NCBI GenBank assembly: GCA_947085915.1
Contig: CAMTYD010000031.1
Location: 1-57,273, forward strand
Length of the DNA stretch: 57,273 nucleotides
Source: an uncultured Parcubacteria group bacterium
GTDB taxonomy: Bacteria > Patescibacteriota > Minisyncoccia > Phycocordibacterales > UBA2100
Direction: 5' to 3'
Positions within the stretch are counted from its first letter, which is position 1; every line of letters begins with the position of its first letter. Shown here piece by piece: positions 18,166 through 27,980 of this stretch. Under the pieces are notes generated by a model, which made no database searches, was not told the origin of the DNA, and saw only the letters and a list, made by a program, of their open reading frames with translations. The position numbers and the translations under genes were made by a program.

Positions 18166-19206
18166 CTAGATGTTGGCGTGCATGATGACCACCTTCGTAC
18201 CCTCGGAGGAGGTTTCAGTGCGGATTATCGCGTGCAGCTGATTCGCTAATGCCCCGATGATGCTCGTACCGAGACCCGGGCGCTCTCCACCCGCTTCTTT
18301 GGATTTACCGATACCGTTGTCTGAGACGCTGAGCGTCCAGCCGGATGCTGCCGATTCATAGCAGACCGTAACGATCCCCGGCTGACCCGCGGGAAATGCG
18401 TGTTTGAGGGCATTGATGACGAGCTCTGTGGTGATGAGACCGAAGCTGACGGCGGTGTCAGATGAGACAAGACCGAGACCTGCGGTTACTTCAAGCCGTA
18501 TGGGTTTGCGACCACCAATCATCGAACGCGAGAGACTTCTGCAGAGGGCGTCCAGATACGCGGCGACTTCGATACCTTCTCCGATGCCGACCGGCTCGAG
18601 CTGCTGCTGCACGGTCGCTATCGACATAATGCGCTCATGCGCATCTTCCAGGTGAGAACGGCTTTCTGTGGATTCAACGGTCTCCGCCTTAAGGAGGAGG
18701 ATGCTCGCGATAAGCTGCAGGCTGTTTGCGATGCGGTGACGCATTTCTTTGAGCAGCAAATCTTTTTGAAGGAGAAGCTTCTCTCTTTCCGACTGAAGCG
18801 TTCGCTGCTCGGTAACGTCAAAAATAGACAGGAGCATTTTTTTTCTGCCGTTTTCGTACACAATCTCACGGGCGTTCACTATCAGGCTACGCTGTCCGAA
18901 GAAAGGAAAGGTGTGCTCGACCTCGTATCCCGCAACTTTCGTATGGCCAGGTATGACCTGTTCGAGCAGTGTGCGCAGAGCGGGAATGTTCCACTGCCCA
19001 CCAGCGATATCGTAAAACATCTTCTCCCGCGTATCCTCCTGTGTGAGGTCAAATTTTTTATAGAAAGAGTTGCTTGCGACAATGACGCGCAAATCTTCGT
19101 CCAGAACAATCAGTGGCTCGTGAATGGTATCTATGATTGCTCGAGTGAGCAAATGTCCATCCTTTGGGTCACCGAGTGGGTCTAAGACCCTCTCTTGTAT
19201 ATCCAC
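18166..19206 (-). CDS. Cytoplasmic PAS-domain sensor histidine kinase (HisKA_2/HWE-type)
   Basis: PAS-like N-terminus, H-box HRIANSLQLIASILLLK, and HATPase region (SDNGIG...GLGTSII). No TM helices and no adjacent response regulator. Confidence 0.8.
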   Translation of the reverse strand: MDIQERVLDPLGDPKDGHLLTRAIIDTIHEPLIVLDEDLRVIVASNSFYKKFDLTQEDTREKMFYDIAGGQWNIPALRTLLEQVIPGHTKVAGYEVEHTFPFFGQRSLIVNAREIVYENGRKKMLLSIFDVTEQRTLQSEREKLLLQKDLLLKEMRHRIANSLQLIASILLLKAETVESTESRSHLEDAHERIMSIATVQQQLEPVGIGEGIEVAAYLDALCRSLSRSMIGGRKPIRLEVTAGLGLVSSDTAVSFGLITTELVINALKHAFPAGQPGIVTVCYESAASGWTLSVSDNGIGKSKEAGGERPGLGTSIIGALANQLHAIIRTETSSEGTKVVIMHANI

Positions 19207-19568
19207 AACTCAATACTATACCTATTCTACATGAAAGCGAAATGAAGAGTTTATGAACGTCTCCGTGAAGAAACTTGACGGAGCGTGTGAGATAAAAAAC
19301 GCGAAGAAATTTTCTAAGAAACAAATGTGTGTGGAAACTCCGTCAGTTCACCGCACCTTCATAGCTCCCGCGGCATACTCGACCGAGTTCGCACTTTTTG
19401 TACTTTCGTTCTGATCTTTTTGGCATTACGTCTTAACGTACCCTGCCCAAACTAAAGACGAGTCCAGATTTCCGACGCACGTCCCTGTATGGGCTTGTGC
19501 CGGATTTGTGCGTGACCACATTATTCGCCACCTTATTATCCGACCAAAAGTTAAACAGACTACTTAGT

Positions 19569-22500
19569 ATGTATAGACTAACGTTACCAAGACGAGGCGT
19601 TACCGTAGCGGCGCTTGCAGTCAGTGCAGTGCTTCTTTTAATAGCTATCGGCGTTCAAAGCGCGTACGCAGCAGGCGTCACAGCAGGTAACCCTGCGACC
19701 AATCGCGCGACCACAGACACATTTAGCAACTTCACCATCATCGATACCAATAATCCTGTAGGCACGAACGGCACGCTGAATACGTTTACGTATTATGCTG
19801 CCAACACAAATCCATTCCAATTCGTCGTAGTCGACGCAGCAAATGTAGTGCAGTATGTCAGCCCTACCATTACCCCGTCTGGCACGGGCGTCCAAACGTT
19901 CAACGCGGTAGTACCGGTCTTGGCTGGTTGGAATTTGGGAGTCCACTTCGATTCAACGGGGACTATCCCCTTTGATTCGGGAGGCGCTCCGGCTACATAT
20001 ACGGCCAACGGTAGCGGTATGCCTGTCGTAGGCAACACACTCGTTGCAGCAGGCACAGACAATCGGACATACTCCTGGAATGCATCGCATGGCACAACGC
20101 TTATTGTCGATGACAATCTTGCATGCCCAGGCGCAATGTATTCCACCATTCAAGCGGCGGTAAATGACGCAAATCCAGGCGAGACCATCCAAGTGTGCGC
20201 CGGAACATACCCAGAACATGTTGCGCTGAACAAATCACTTACCCTCGAAGGCCCCAACATGGGCACTCCAGGTAATGGCTCGCGCTCCGGAGAAGCAATC
20301 GTTGACGGTACCGATACAGGTACGCCCTTTGCCATCACCGCCAACGACGTGACCGTCGATGGCTTTACGGTACAGAACGGATCTAATGGCGGTTACTTCT
20401 CTGGCATCTGGAGTCAGACAGGAACCGAAAACCTCAACATCCTAAACAACATCATCAAAGGCAACGGTTTTGGTGTCTGGGCGCAATGCGGCGATAACTG
20501 CATGATCCAGGACAACCTATTCGACGGTAACAACAAACCGGGACCAGGTTCAGCGAGCATCAGTGCAGACAGCACCGACGGCCTTACGATCGACAACAAT
20601 GAATTCAAGAACGATACAGCGGGTAATCCCATTCTGCTTCAGGCAGTTGCGGCAGGAGCCCACACGAACGTCGTTGTTTCTAACAACAACTTCCACGACA
20701 ACACCAACTCAAACATTTATGCAGTCGGCGTAGATGGTGCCAACATAGAAGACAATACGATCACACCAGCATCTGACGCGACCGGCATCTCATTGAGTGG
20801 TGCAGATGAAAATATCTCCATTACGAAAAACGTGATCACAGGTGGCGCACGCGGCGTACGCGTTGAAGACGCAGGTTACAACCTTGGTGCGAACAGTGCT
20901 ATCACGATCAATAACAATGACCTTTCGAGCGACAGCCAATACGGCATCGGTAATACGGACGCCGCGATTACGAATCTCGATGGTACCTGTAACTGGTGGG
21001 GCGCAGCAAACGGCCCGGGACCTGTCGGCCCCGGTTCAGGTTCGCCGGTTACGACCAACGTAAACTACTCGACATGGCTGACTTCTGATGATCTTGATGG
21101 CGAGTGTGACGGAGCACCGCCGGCTAACGTAACGGTAACGATCATCAAGTATGTAGAGGGTGTGCACGCTACGAATGCGAACGCCAATAACCAATCTTTC
21201 CCGATGCAGTCATCGTGGAATGCACAAAACATCGGAGCAGGTTCAGGAACATACTCTCTTGCTCCAAGCACCTACGAAGCGCAGACAACAAGCATGAGCA
21301 ATGGTGCCAGCTATTCTACGAATGAGGACACGAGCGGCAATTCTGTCGGCGCGACCTGCGCCGCAGGAAAGCCATATGCACTCGTCGGATATTCCTCGGG
21401 TGATTCTGAAGCGCTTGCCGCAGCTCAAACACCTTCACCAAATAGTCCTGCACTAACCAATATCACGACGAATAAGTACGTCATCGTCTGGAACGATGAT
21501 TGTGCAATAGCTCCTCCTGCACCGGACTCAGTTTCTGTCACTATCGTCAAATACGTTGACGGTCAGCACGCAACTGCAAACAACGCAGGCACTTCCACAT
21601 TCCCGTTCATTGCTCATTACAACGCAACCGTCAACAATGGCGGCCCAATATCGGGCAGCAGCCCGTACGACATCAGTGCTGTAGGCAACAACACTCCAAA
21701 CAGCTACGAAGCGAAGACCCTCGAATTTGAGCCAGGTGCAAATTACGGCACCCACGAAGTAACAAGCGGCAACACGGTCGGCGCAAATTGTGAAGCAGGC
21801 AAGCCATATGCGCTCCAGGGCTACTCATGGGGTGATTCACTCGCTTCGGCTGCAAGCTCGACGGCTACGACGACAGCACCAAGCTTCACGAATCTTCAGA
21901 GCAATAAGTACGTCATCGTTTGGAACGAAAATTGTGCAGAAGAACCACAGGAGCCGGGCATGGTAACCGTGACAATCCACAAATTCATCAACGGCATGAT
22001 GGCGAGCTCGACCGCATCAAGCACTCCGAGCTTCTCAATGAGCTCGACATGGAATGCGGCCAACATCGGAGCAGGCACAGGCACGTACACCCTCAGCTCG
22101 ACCGGCTACAACAGCCCGAATGCGTATGAGGCGATTACGTCGGACATGACCGCCGGTGCGGACTACATGACCAATGAGACCTTGGGCACCAATGTCGGCG
22201 CCTCCTGTGCGGAGGGCAAGCCGTACGCGCTCAGTGGCTACAAGACCGGCGACTCGTTTGCCGGAGCAGCAAGCTCGACCGCAACAACGACTGCACCTGC
22301 ATTCACCAACATCCAGAACAATAAGCACGTCATCGTGTGGAACGTGACGTGTCCAAACGGCTCCATCGGCGGCGACGTCGAGGGCGACCAAGGTGTGCTT
22401 GCAGTTACCTCGATTGACGCGGTAGATACTTCCGCAACAGCGGACAACACGTACGCGAACGGGTGGGAATATCTCTTCCACATCACGGTCCCGACCAATG

Positions 22501-22775
22501 AACCGGGCATCGCGATGAAATTCTCTGACTGGACAGCTGGTTCAAGCACGATACCTGTTGCCAACAACATGCGTATCTCATCCCTACAGGCCGCGAGCAC
22601 CTCAACCGTCACCGTACTCGCAGCGAATACCTACACGATTCCAAACCTGAACATGGTTACTGACCTCAATCCTTCGATGCCGGGCATCCAAGTGCAGGTC
22701 AAGGTCGAGGTCAAGATTCCTGTAGGTACTTCCAATGGTTCGTACACTACGAACTACGGAGTCAAAAGCGAATAA
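19569..22775 (+). CDS. Large secreted surface protein: right-handed beta-helix (NosD/pectin-lyase-like) region, three tandem ~135-aa Cys-containing domains, and a C-terminal domain
   Basis: Signal peptide MYRLTLPRRGVTVAALAVSAVLLLIAIGVQSAYA. Parallel beta-helix repeats (NNIIKGNGFGVWA, NNNFHDN, ITKNVITGG). Three repeats, each running from VTVTI.KY..G to NKYVIVWN..C. Confidence 0.8.
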   Translation: MYRLTLPRRGVTVAALAVSAVLLLIAIGVQSAYAAGVTAGNPATNRATTDTFSNFTIIDTNNPVGTNGTLNTFTYYAANTNPFQFVVVDAANVVQYVSPTITPSGTGVQTFNAVVPVLAGWNLGVHFDSTGTIPFDSGGAPATYTANGSGMPVVGNTLVAAGTDNRTYSWNASHGTTLIVDDNLACPGAMYSTIQAAVNDANPGETIQVCAGTYPEHVALNKSLTLEGPNMGTPGNGSRSGEAIVDGTDTGTPFAITANDVTVDGFTVQNGSNGGYFSGIWSQTGTENLNILNNIIKGNGFGVWAQCGDNCMIQDNLFDGNNKPGPGSASISADSTDGLTIDNNEFKNDTAGNPILLQAVAAGAHTNVVVSNNNFHDNTNSNIYAVGVDGANIEDNTITPASDATGISLSGADENISITKNVITGGARGVRVEDAGYNLGANSAITINNNDLSSDSQYGIGNTDAAITNLDGTCNWWGAANGPGPVGPGSGSPVTTNVNYSTWLTSDDLDGECDGAPPANVTVTIIKYVEGVHATNANANNQSFPMQSSWNAQNIGAGSGTYSLAPSTYEAQTTSMSNGASYSTNEDTSGNSVGATCAAGKPYALVGYSSGDSEALAAAQTPSPNSPALTNITTNKYVIVWNDDCAIAPPAPDSVSVTIVKYVDGQHATANNAGTSTFPFIAHYNATVNNGGPISGSSPYDISAVGNNTPNSYEAKTLEFEPGANYGTHEVTSGNTVGANCEAGKPYALQGYSWGDSLASAASSTATTTAPSFTNLQSNKYVIVWNENCAEEPQEPGMVTVTIHKFINGMMASSTASSTPSFSMSSTWNAANIGAGTGTYTLSSTGYNSPNAYEAITSDMTAGADYMTNETLGTNVGASCAEGKPYALSGYKTGDSFAGAASSTATTTAPAFTNIQNNKHVIVWNVTCPNGSIGGDVEGDQGVLAVTSIDAVDTSATADNTYANGWEYLFHITVPTNEPGIAMKFSDWTAGSSTIPVANNMRISSLQAASTSTVTVLAANTYTIPNLNMVTDLNPSMPGIQVQVKVEVKIPVGTSNGSYTTNYGVKSE
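21121..22355 (+). repeat. Three tandem coding repeats (~400 nt each) inside the large surface protein
   Basis: Units start near 21121, 21530 and 21960. Each contains GA.C..GKPYAL.GYS.GDS and ends in NK(Y/H)VIVWN..C. Confidence 0.7.
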
Positions 22776-22798
22776 CCTTGAAAAGTAAAAACTGATAT

Positions 22799-23296
22799 AT
22801 GACTCACAACATTAAAAATGTAATCGCCGGCGCCACGTTCATCGTGGTGCTGGCAGCGTTCGGAAATTCTGCAAGCGCGGCAGAAGTCACGGGCACCCTC
22901 AACTCAAATGCCAGTAGCCCCGTTACCGGTGGTGTCACGGGGACCGTTGGCGGAGGTGGCTCGACCGTCTCGGGGACAATAACCGGCGGCACAGGAAGCA
23001 GCATCTCCGGCACCGTATCCGGCGGTGGAGGTGGTGGGGGTGGAGGTGGGGGTGGTGGGGGTGGAGGATTCAACACCAACTCGACACCGCCCGGCCAAGT
23101 ACTCGGCGCATCCACAGGTCCCATCGCTCAAGCAGACCAAAACGGGGTCGGTGGTTTCGATGGAGACTTAGTCCCCGGTACACCAAACACGAGTGGCAGC
23201 AAATCTCTCTGGACAGGCTTCCTGCTCCTGGCATCGGGATTGTTCACTCTCGGCGGTGTGCTCTTCTTCTCTAGACCGGAGAAGAGCGTGCGGTAG
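22799..23296 (+). CDS. Gly/Thr-rich secreted protein with a C-terminal membrane anchor
   Basis: Signal peptide, a run of 16 Gly, and a C-terminal LVPGTPNTSG-hydrophobic helix-RPEKSVR tail resembling a sorting signal. Confidence 0.65.
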   Translation: MTHNIKNVIAGATFIVVLAAFGNSASAAEVTGTLNSNASSPVTGGVTGTVGGGGSTVSGTITGGTGSSISGTVSGGGGGGGGGGGGGGGGFNTNSTPPGQVLGASTGPIAQADQNGVGGFDGDLVPGTPNTSGSKSLWTGFLLLASGLFTLGGVLFFSRPEKSVR

Positions 23297-23341
23297 AAAA
23301 GCAAGGAGTGCACTATCCGGATTGTTTTCGTGGAACCTTGT

Positions 23342-23367
23342 GAGAAAGCACCTTCGGGTGCTTTCTC
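23342..23367 (+). terminator. Stable hairpin (11-bp stem, TTCG loop) downstream of the Gly-rich protein gene
   Basis: GAGAAAGCACC-TTCG-GGTGCTTTCTC. No clear T-run. Confidence 0.4.
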
Positions 23368-23477
23368 CACAGGATTCATTAAGTCTTCATGATGGGTGAT
23401 GTAACGTGCGACACGCACAGACGTCTTCATTAAGGTCGAGATGCTTTAGCAAATTTAGAAATTAAAAAAATTATAGT

Positions 23478-24560
23478 ATGAATCAAAATATTGTTATCGG
23501 AATAATCGTCGTACTCGTCATCCTCGGAGGCGGCTACTTCCTTCTCACCCTGAATCCGGCACCCGGAGACGGGCAGGCGACCACAACACCACCAGTGACA
23601 CAGACTCCTACGACGACTCCTCCTGTCTCCACGACCCCGAATGCACCGGCGGTCGTTACCGACACAAACGTATCACCTTCAAATTCGACGGCAGTCGTGA
23701 CGGGAAAAGTAACACCGAACGGTGCTGCGACCACCTACTGGTATGAATACGGTGAGACCACAGCTCTCGGAGCACGTACCGCGGCGCAAGCAATCGGCTC
23801 AGGCTCTATCGCGATTGCTTCTCCCGGGTACATCACCGGCCTCAAGGCGACCACTCTGTATTACTTCCGCTTGAGCGCGCAAAATACGTACGGTACGGTC
23901 AATGGCACCACAAAGAGCTTCAGCACGAATAGTAATCCGCCTCCGACTGGCAACGCTCCGACGGCCGCCACCAATGCCGCGGCATCTGTTGAGCGCACGA
24001 CCGCATCCTTGAAAGCGACCGTCAATCCCCGCGGTACACAGACTACCTACTGGTTTGAGTACGGAGATAGCACGAGCTTCGGAAACCTCACTTCCTTTGA
24101 GTCCGCCGGCAACGGCAGCAGCTCGGCAGGAGTTTCCGCTTCAGTCTCCAGTCTCAGCCCGGCGACCAAGTATTACTTCCGTGTGAACGCACAGAACCAA
24201 TACGGCACGGTCAACGGCGCGACACAGACCTTCACAACGAAGGGTCCCTCAGTCTCTGCTCCGTCGGTCAACACTCAGAACGCCAAAGATGTCGAACGCA
24301 CAACAGCGACCTTCCGCGGCACCGTCGATCCGAACGGCGCGGAGACAAAATACTGGTTTGAGTACAGCTCCGATTCTCTCTTGGGTGCAGTACTCTTGAA
24401 GACAACACCGCAGAGGTCTGCAGGTGCAGGTACAAGTGCGACCTCAGTCGAGGCCAATGTCGCCGAACTGACCTCGGACATGACCTACTACGTACGACTC
24501 GTTGCGCAAAACTCGCAAGGCACCGTACGGGGAGAGAAAGTCTCGTTCAAGACAAAGTAG
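23478..24560 (+). CDS. N-terminally anchored protein with a Thr/Pro linker and FN3-like repeats (~90 aa)
   Basis: TM helix and PT-rich linker. Repeats carry TTYW(Y/F)EYG...YYFR..AQN.YGTV.G....F.T. Three clear units, plus a fourth more divergent one (TKYWFEYS...TYYVRLVAQNSQGTVRGEKVSFKT). Confidence 0.7.
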   Translation: MNQNIVIGIIVVLVILGGGYFLLTLNPAPGDGQATTTPPVTQTPTTTPPVSTTPNAPAVVTDTNVSPSNSTAVVTGKVTPNGAATTYWYEYGETTALGARTAAQAIGSGSIAIASPGYITGLKATTLYYFRLSAQNTYGTVNGTTKSFSTNSNPPPTGNAPTAATNAAASVERTTASLKATVNPRGTQTTYWFEYGDSTSFGNLTSFESAGNGSSSAGVSASVSSLSPATKYYFRVNAQNQYGTVNGATQTFTTKGPSVSAPSVNTQNAKDVERTTATFRGTVDPNGAETKYWFEYSSDSLLGAVLLKTTPQRSAGAGTSATSVEANVAELTSDMTYYVRLVAQNSQGTVRGEKVSFKTK

Positions 24561-24584
24561 AGAAACACGAGATGATATCTGTAA

Positions 24585-24610
24585 ACGACCCCGAATCATC
24601 GGGGTCGTTG
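24585..24610 (+). terminator. Hairpin AACGACCCCG...CGGGGTCGTT
   Basis: 10-bp stem directly after the stop codon. Weak T-tail. Confidence 0.45.
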
Positions 24611-24650
24611 CGGAGTGTGATTCTCAAAAAATCTGAATAAAAAAATATAC

Positions 24651-26345
24651 ATGCGCAACAATCCCTCCATACCATGGTTTGCGATGCCTTCGAGGATGGC
24701 ATTTCTCATCGGAATCCCTATCGTAGCCATAGTGCTTATCTCCGCAATCATACAAAAATCTCCGCCTAGCAATCTTCTTGAGAGTCAGCATTGGCAATAC
24801 TTCGCCGGCGCCACGACGACAAAGGACGGTCTCCACATACAACCGCTCGGACGGATTATCACCCATCAAGACGGCTCTCTAGGGCAGCCGAATCCTCCCG
24901 TAAACCTCGCAGGCTCTCATCTTTCTCTCTCCGGAGATTTCTCGGTTACCGCAGAGATGAAAGATATCGATGTACGAGGGGTTCTTCGGCTCTACGGGAG
25001 GCCTCCCATCGTTTACGACCAGTGGCGGTTTGAGACCGGAAGCATCGGTGTGGACGTAGGTACGAGTACCATCCTCGTGCGCATATGGGACGGCACTTCG
25101 TCCAATGCTATTGATATGAGAATGTATCCGTACACGTTAAAAAGCACCGCAATCATTTCTATCGCGCACAGAGGTGATTCGCTCGTCGTGAGCGCAGACA
25201 GTCAAGAGCTCGGCACCATCCCCGACCACGATATTTTTGATACGAAAGAAGTGTGGTTCGGGGTAGACGCCGCAGACGGCGATGAATGGACCTTGAGCAG
25301 TCTCTCAATAGACGGACGCGCAGAGATTACTCCCCCGCCCTCGTTCGATGAAAATAACGATGATGCGAATGCGCTACGCAATCTTGCGGCGACACATCCA
25401 CGAAAAATTTCTATCGGCACAGCTATCGCCTATGAAATGCTCGTCACTGACAAGAAATACAGAGAGCTCGCCCTGGGCGAGTTCGGTATATTCACACCCG
25501 AAAACGGCATGAAGCCGCAGTTTATTCATCCGCTGCCAGATGTGTACGTATTCAGCGAAATGGATGCGCTGGTGAATATCGCAGAGAAGAACGACATCCT
25601 CATACACGGACACACGTTGGTGTATTCAAAGAGCAGCCCGGAGTGGATGGTGAAAGCTCCCCTAGCAGCGCGGCAACAAATTATGCTCGAGCACATAGAT
25701 ACCGTCGCTTCGCATTTCAAAGGAAAGGTCGCGCAGTGGGATGTGGTCAATGAGCCACTATCGAACAAAAAGGCGCCGTATCGAAAGGGAGGGAACGGAC
25801 TAGAAGAAAATATATGGTACGAAGCGATGGGCGAACAATACATTGATAAAGCTTTTCACGCTGCCCGCCTTGCTGACCCGTCTGCCGATCTGTACCTCAA
25901 TGACTACGGACTTGAGCGCGACGGCGAAAGGTGGGATGCGCTTCTTGCATTGATCAAACGGCTCAAAGGACGCGGAGTGCCTATAGACGGAATCGGATTT
26001 GAATCTCACGTATACGGTGACGGCGACTACACGGAGGCATCGGTGCTCAAGGCGCACATGCGCACACTGGCACTGCTCGGACTCAAAGTTCGCATATCTG
26101 AAATAGATGTGACAGGAGACGACGCAAAAGAACAAATAAATCAATACGTGACGGCTCTGGATGTGTGTCTTCGCGCACCCAACTGTACTTCGTATTCCAC
26201 GTGGGGTATCACGGATGCATATGGCTCTACGACACGCTCCGATAGATACCCATTGGTCTATGGTACGAGCCTCCTGTTTGATACAGAGCTAAAGGCAAAG
26301 TCTGCATATTCGGCACTTCAAGAGCGACTCAGGCTTCCCTACTAA
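24651..26345 (+). CDS. Membrane-anchored glycoside hydrolase family 10 (endo-1,4-beta-xylanase-like) with an unassigned ~220-aa N-terminal domain
   Basis: The C-terminal ~330 aa carry GH10 hallmarks (HGHTLVY, WDVVNEP, ISEIDV). N-terminal TM helix. Confidence 0.85.
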   Translation: MRNNPSIPWFAMPSRMAFLIGIPIVAIVLISAIIQKSPPSNLLESQHWQYFAGATTTKDGLHIQPLGRIITHQDGSLGQPNPPVNLAGSHLSLSGDFSVTAEMKDIDVRGVLRLYGRPPIVYDQWRFETGSIGVDVGTSTILVRIWDGTSSNAIDMRMYPYTLKSTAIISIAHRGDSLVVSADSQELGTIPDHDIFDTKEVWFGVDAADGDEWTLSSLSIDGRAEITPPPSFDENNDDANALRNLAATHPRKISIGTAIAYEMLVTDKKYRELALGEFGIFTPENGMKPQFIHPLPDVYVFSEMDALVNIAEKNDILIHGHTLVYSKSSPEWMVKAPLAARQQIMLEHIDTVASHFKGKVAQWDVVNEPLSNKKAPYRKGGNGLEENIWYEAMGEQYIDKAFHAARLADPSADLYLNDYGLERDGERWDALLALIKRLKGRGVPIDGIGFESHVYGDGDYTEASVLKAHMRTLALLGLKVRISEIDVTGDDAKEQINQYVTALDVCLRAPNCTSYSTWGITDAYGSTTRSDRYPLVYGTSLLFDTELKAKSAYSALQERLRLPY

Positions 26346-27892
26346 TGAACCGCTGCGACGTTGTCTCTCAGGTACCGGACAAATTGATTCCAGAAACTCA
26401 GCATGTGCCTGAACGGTGTTTCGATAATGAAATCTAAGATGAATACAAATATATTGACCGTTGAGAATTTTCTACTCAGCCAGTGTCCGGCACGGACAAC
26501 GGGGACCGCGAGGAGATTAATCATGGCCGGGAAGGTTCCGTCACTCACGACCTTCCAGCGGTTTGCGTTGTAACGGATACGGAACGTGAAGTAGCTCACA
26601 AGGACGAAGAAGAAGTAGAAGAGCGCCATGCTGACGATGTTGAACGACAGGGACTGGAGTATGGCGAGGATGGCACCGAAGACACCGAGCGCTACGAGCG
26701 CGTAGAGGAGTGCAAACGTCTTGGCGAATCTGACACGACGAAAAACGTCGACCGGCTGTGTATCCGCGCTGTAGAGCACCACCCGCATCCCCCGCACGAT
26801 AGCCTCGGTATTCGCCGCACCGAGTGACACGACCTCAAGCGTAAGTCCGAAGAGCAACAGCGGATGGAAAAGGATGTTGACGAGAAGCGGGACGGGGCTG
26901 ATTCCGCCGAGGATATACACCTCATACGGCAGCTCTATGGCCAACGCAAGAACTATTTTCGTAATCAAGAGATACGAGACCGCACGGGTACCGCTCGACC
27001 GCGCCTTGTCATTCTCGTGTACATACTTGTCCGCGAGAAAAGCCTCCGTCGCATCCTGCATCTTTTTCTCGTCTCCAAGCACATCCATTGCGAGACTTCC
27101 GTCGCGCTGCACTAATTCACGGATGATGCGGAAATAGATGCACTCTTTCTTGATTTTATGTGAAATCTGCCATTGAACCGTACTTTTTACATTTAGCTGA
27201 ATGGTAGAAATAATTGCGGGAATTCTCGGCGCAATTGCTTCAAGCTCCCCTTCTGCCCCGTCTTTCCACTGTGGGACATACAAAAGCCATAACGCGTATG
27301 AAAGCGATGCGTCGTCAGAGGCAAGCAAGGCGCGACGGCAGGCGCACCGTATCTGGACATCGAGGTGGTCACGCTCAAATTCAGCCCCCTGTATTCGCGG
27401 CTGGACTGTTTTGTAGAAGGCTTGGACGACGGCCTCGTCGAGCTGGTGCTGACGCCCCGCGAGTACGGAATCAATCTCGCTCGCCACGAAACTCAGAATC
27501 GTTCGTTTGAGGGAGGCGGGCCCATCGAGCAAGGGCTCAATGCGAAGCATCTTATTGATACTGAGCGTAATCTGACGCGCGACTCCCCTCGTTGCACCCT
27601 CCCGAGGGATGTATCCCCCCTCTACCAGCTCGGCAAGCAGCGAGCGCGCATCGAAGGTCTTCCGTTCGATGAGTATCGAGCGTTTGAGAATACGTTCAAT
27701 CGCACTTCTGCGTACCGCGTGCTCTTCTTGGTAATCAACGACATACCGTAAATTCTCGTAGAGCGCAGCAGCGGGGCTCGCGGTGCGATGCTCCTCTATG
27801 ACAATCTCCTTATCTTCCGCAGAGATCTCCTGCGTCTCGTACGACCGCATGCGGAAGAGAAGCTGTTGAATTGGCTGGGACAATGATTGCAT
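26342..27892 (-). CDS. Hypothetical membrane protein (soluble N-terminal ~290 aa plus multi-TM C-terminus)
   Basis: Long ORF with clear TM helices in the C-terminal half. No family assigned. Confidence 0.6.
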   Translation of the reverse strand: MQSLSQPIQQLLFRMRSYETQEISAEDKEIVIEEHRTASPAAALYENLRYVVDYQEEHAVRRSAIERILKRSILIERKTFDARSLLAELVEGGYIPREGATRGVARQITLSINKMLRIEPLLDGPASLKRTILSFVASEIDSVLAGRQHQLDEAVVQAFYKTVQPRIQGAEFERDHLDVQIRCACRRALLASDDASLSYALWLLYVPQWKDGAEGELEAIAPRIPAIISTIQLNVKSTVQWQISHKIKKECIYFRIIRELVQRDGSLAMDVLGDEKKMQDATEAFLADKYVHENDKARSSGTRAVSYLLITKIVLALAIELPYEVYILGGISPVPLLVNILFHPLLLFGLTLEVVSLGAANTEAIVRGMRVVLYSADTQPVDVFRRVRFAKTFALLYALVALGVFGAILAILQSLSFNIVSMALFYFFFVLVSYFTFRIRYNANRWKVVSDGTFPAMINLLAVPVVRAGHWLSRKFSTVNIFVFILDFIIETPFRHMLSFWNQFVRYLRDNVAAVH

Positions 27893-27980
27893 GAAGTATG
27901 AATTATTACCTAATTACGGTCTGCTGGCTAGGCTACTGCAATACTCACGAGCGAAGGACGAACGTCTTACCCCGGAGACT

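Noticed and set aside
22804-23124. Minus-strand ORF with a poly-Pro run.
   Set aside because: It is a mirror image of the poly-Gly tract of the plus-strand secreted protein. It has no independent support.
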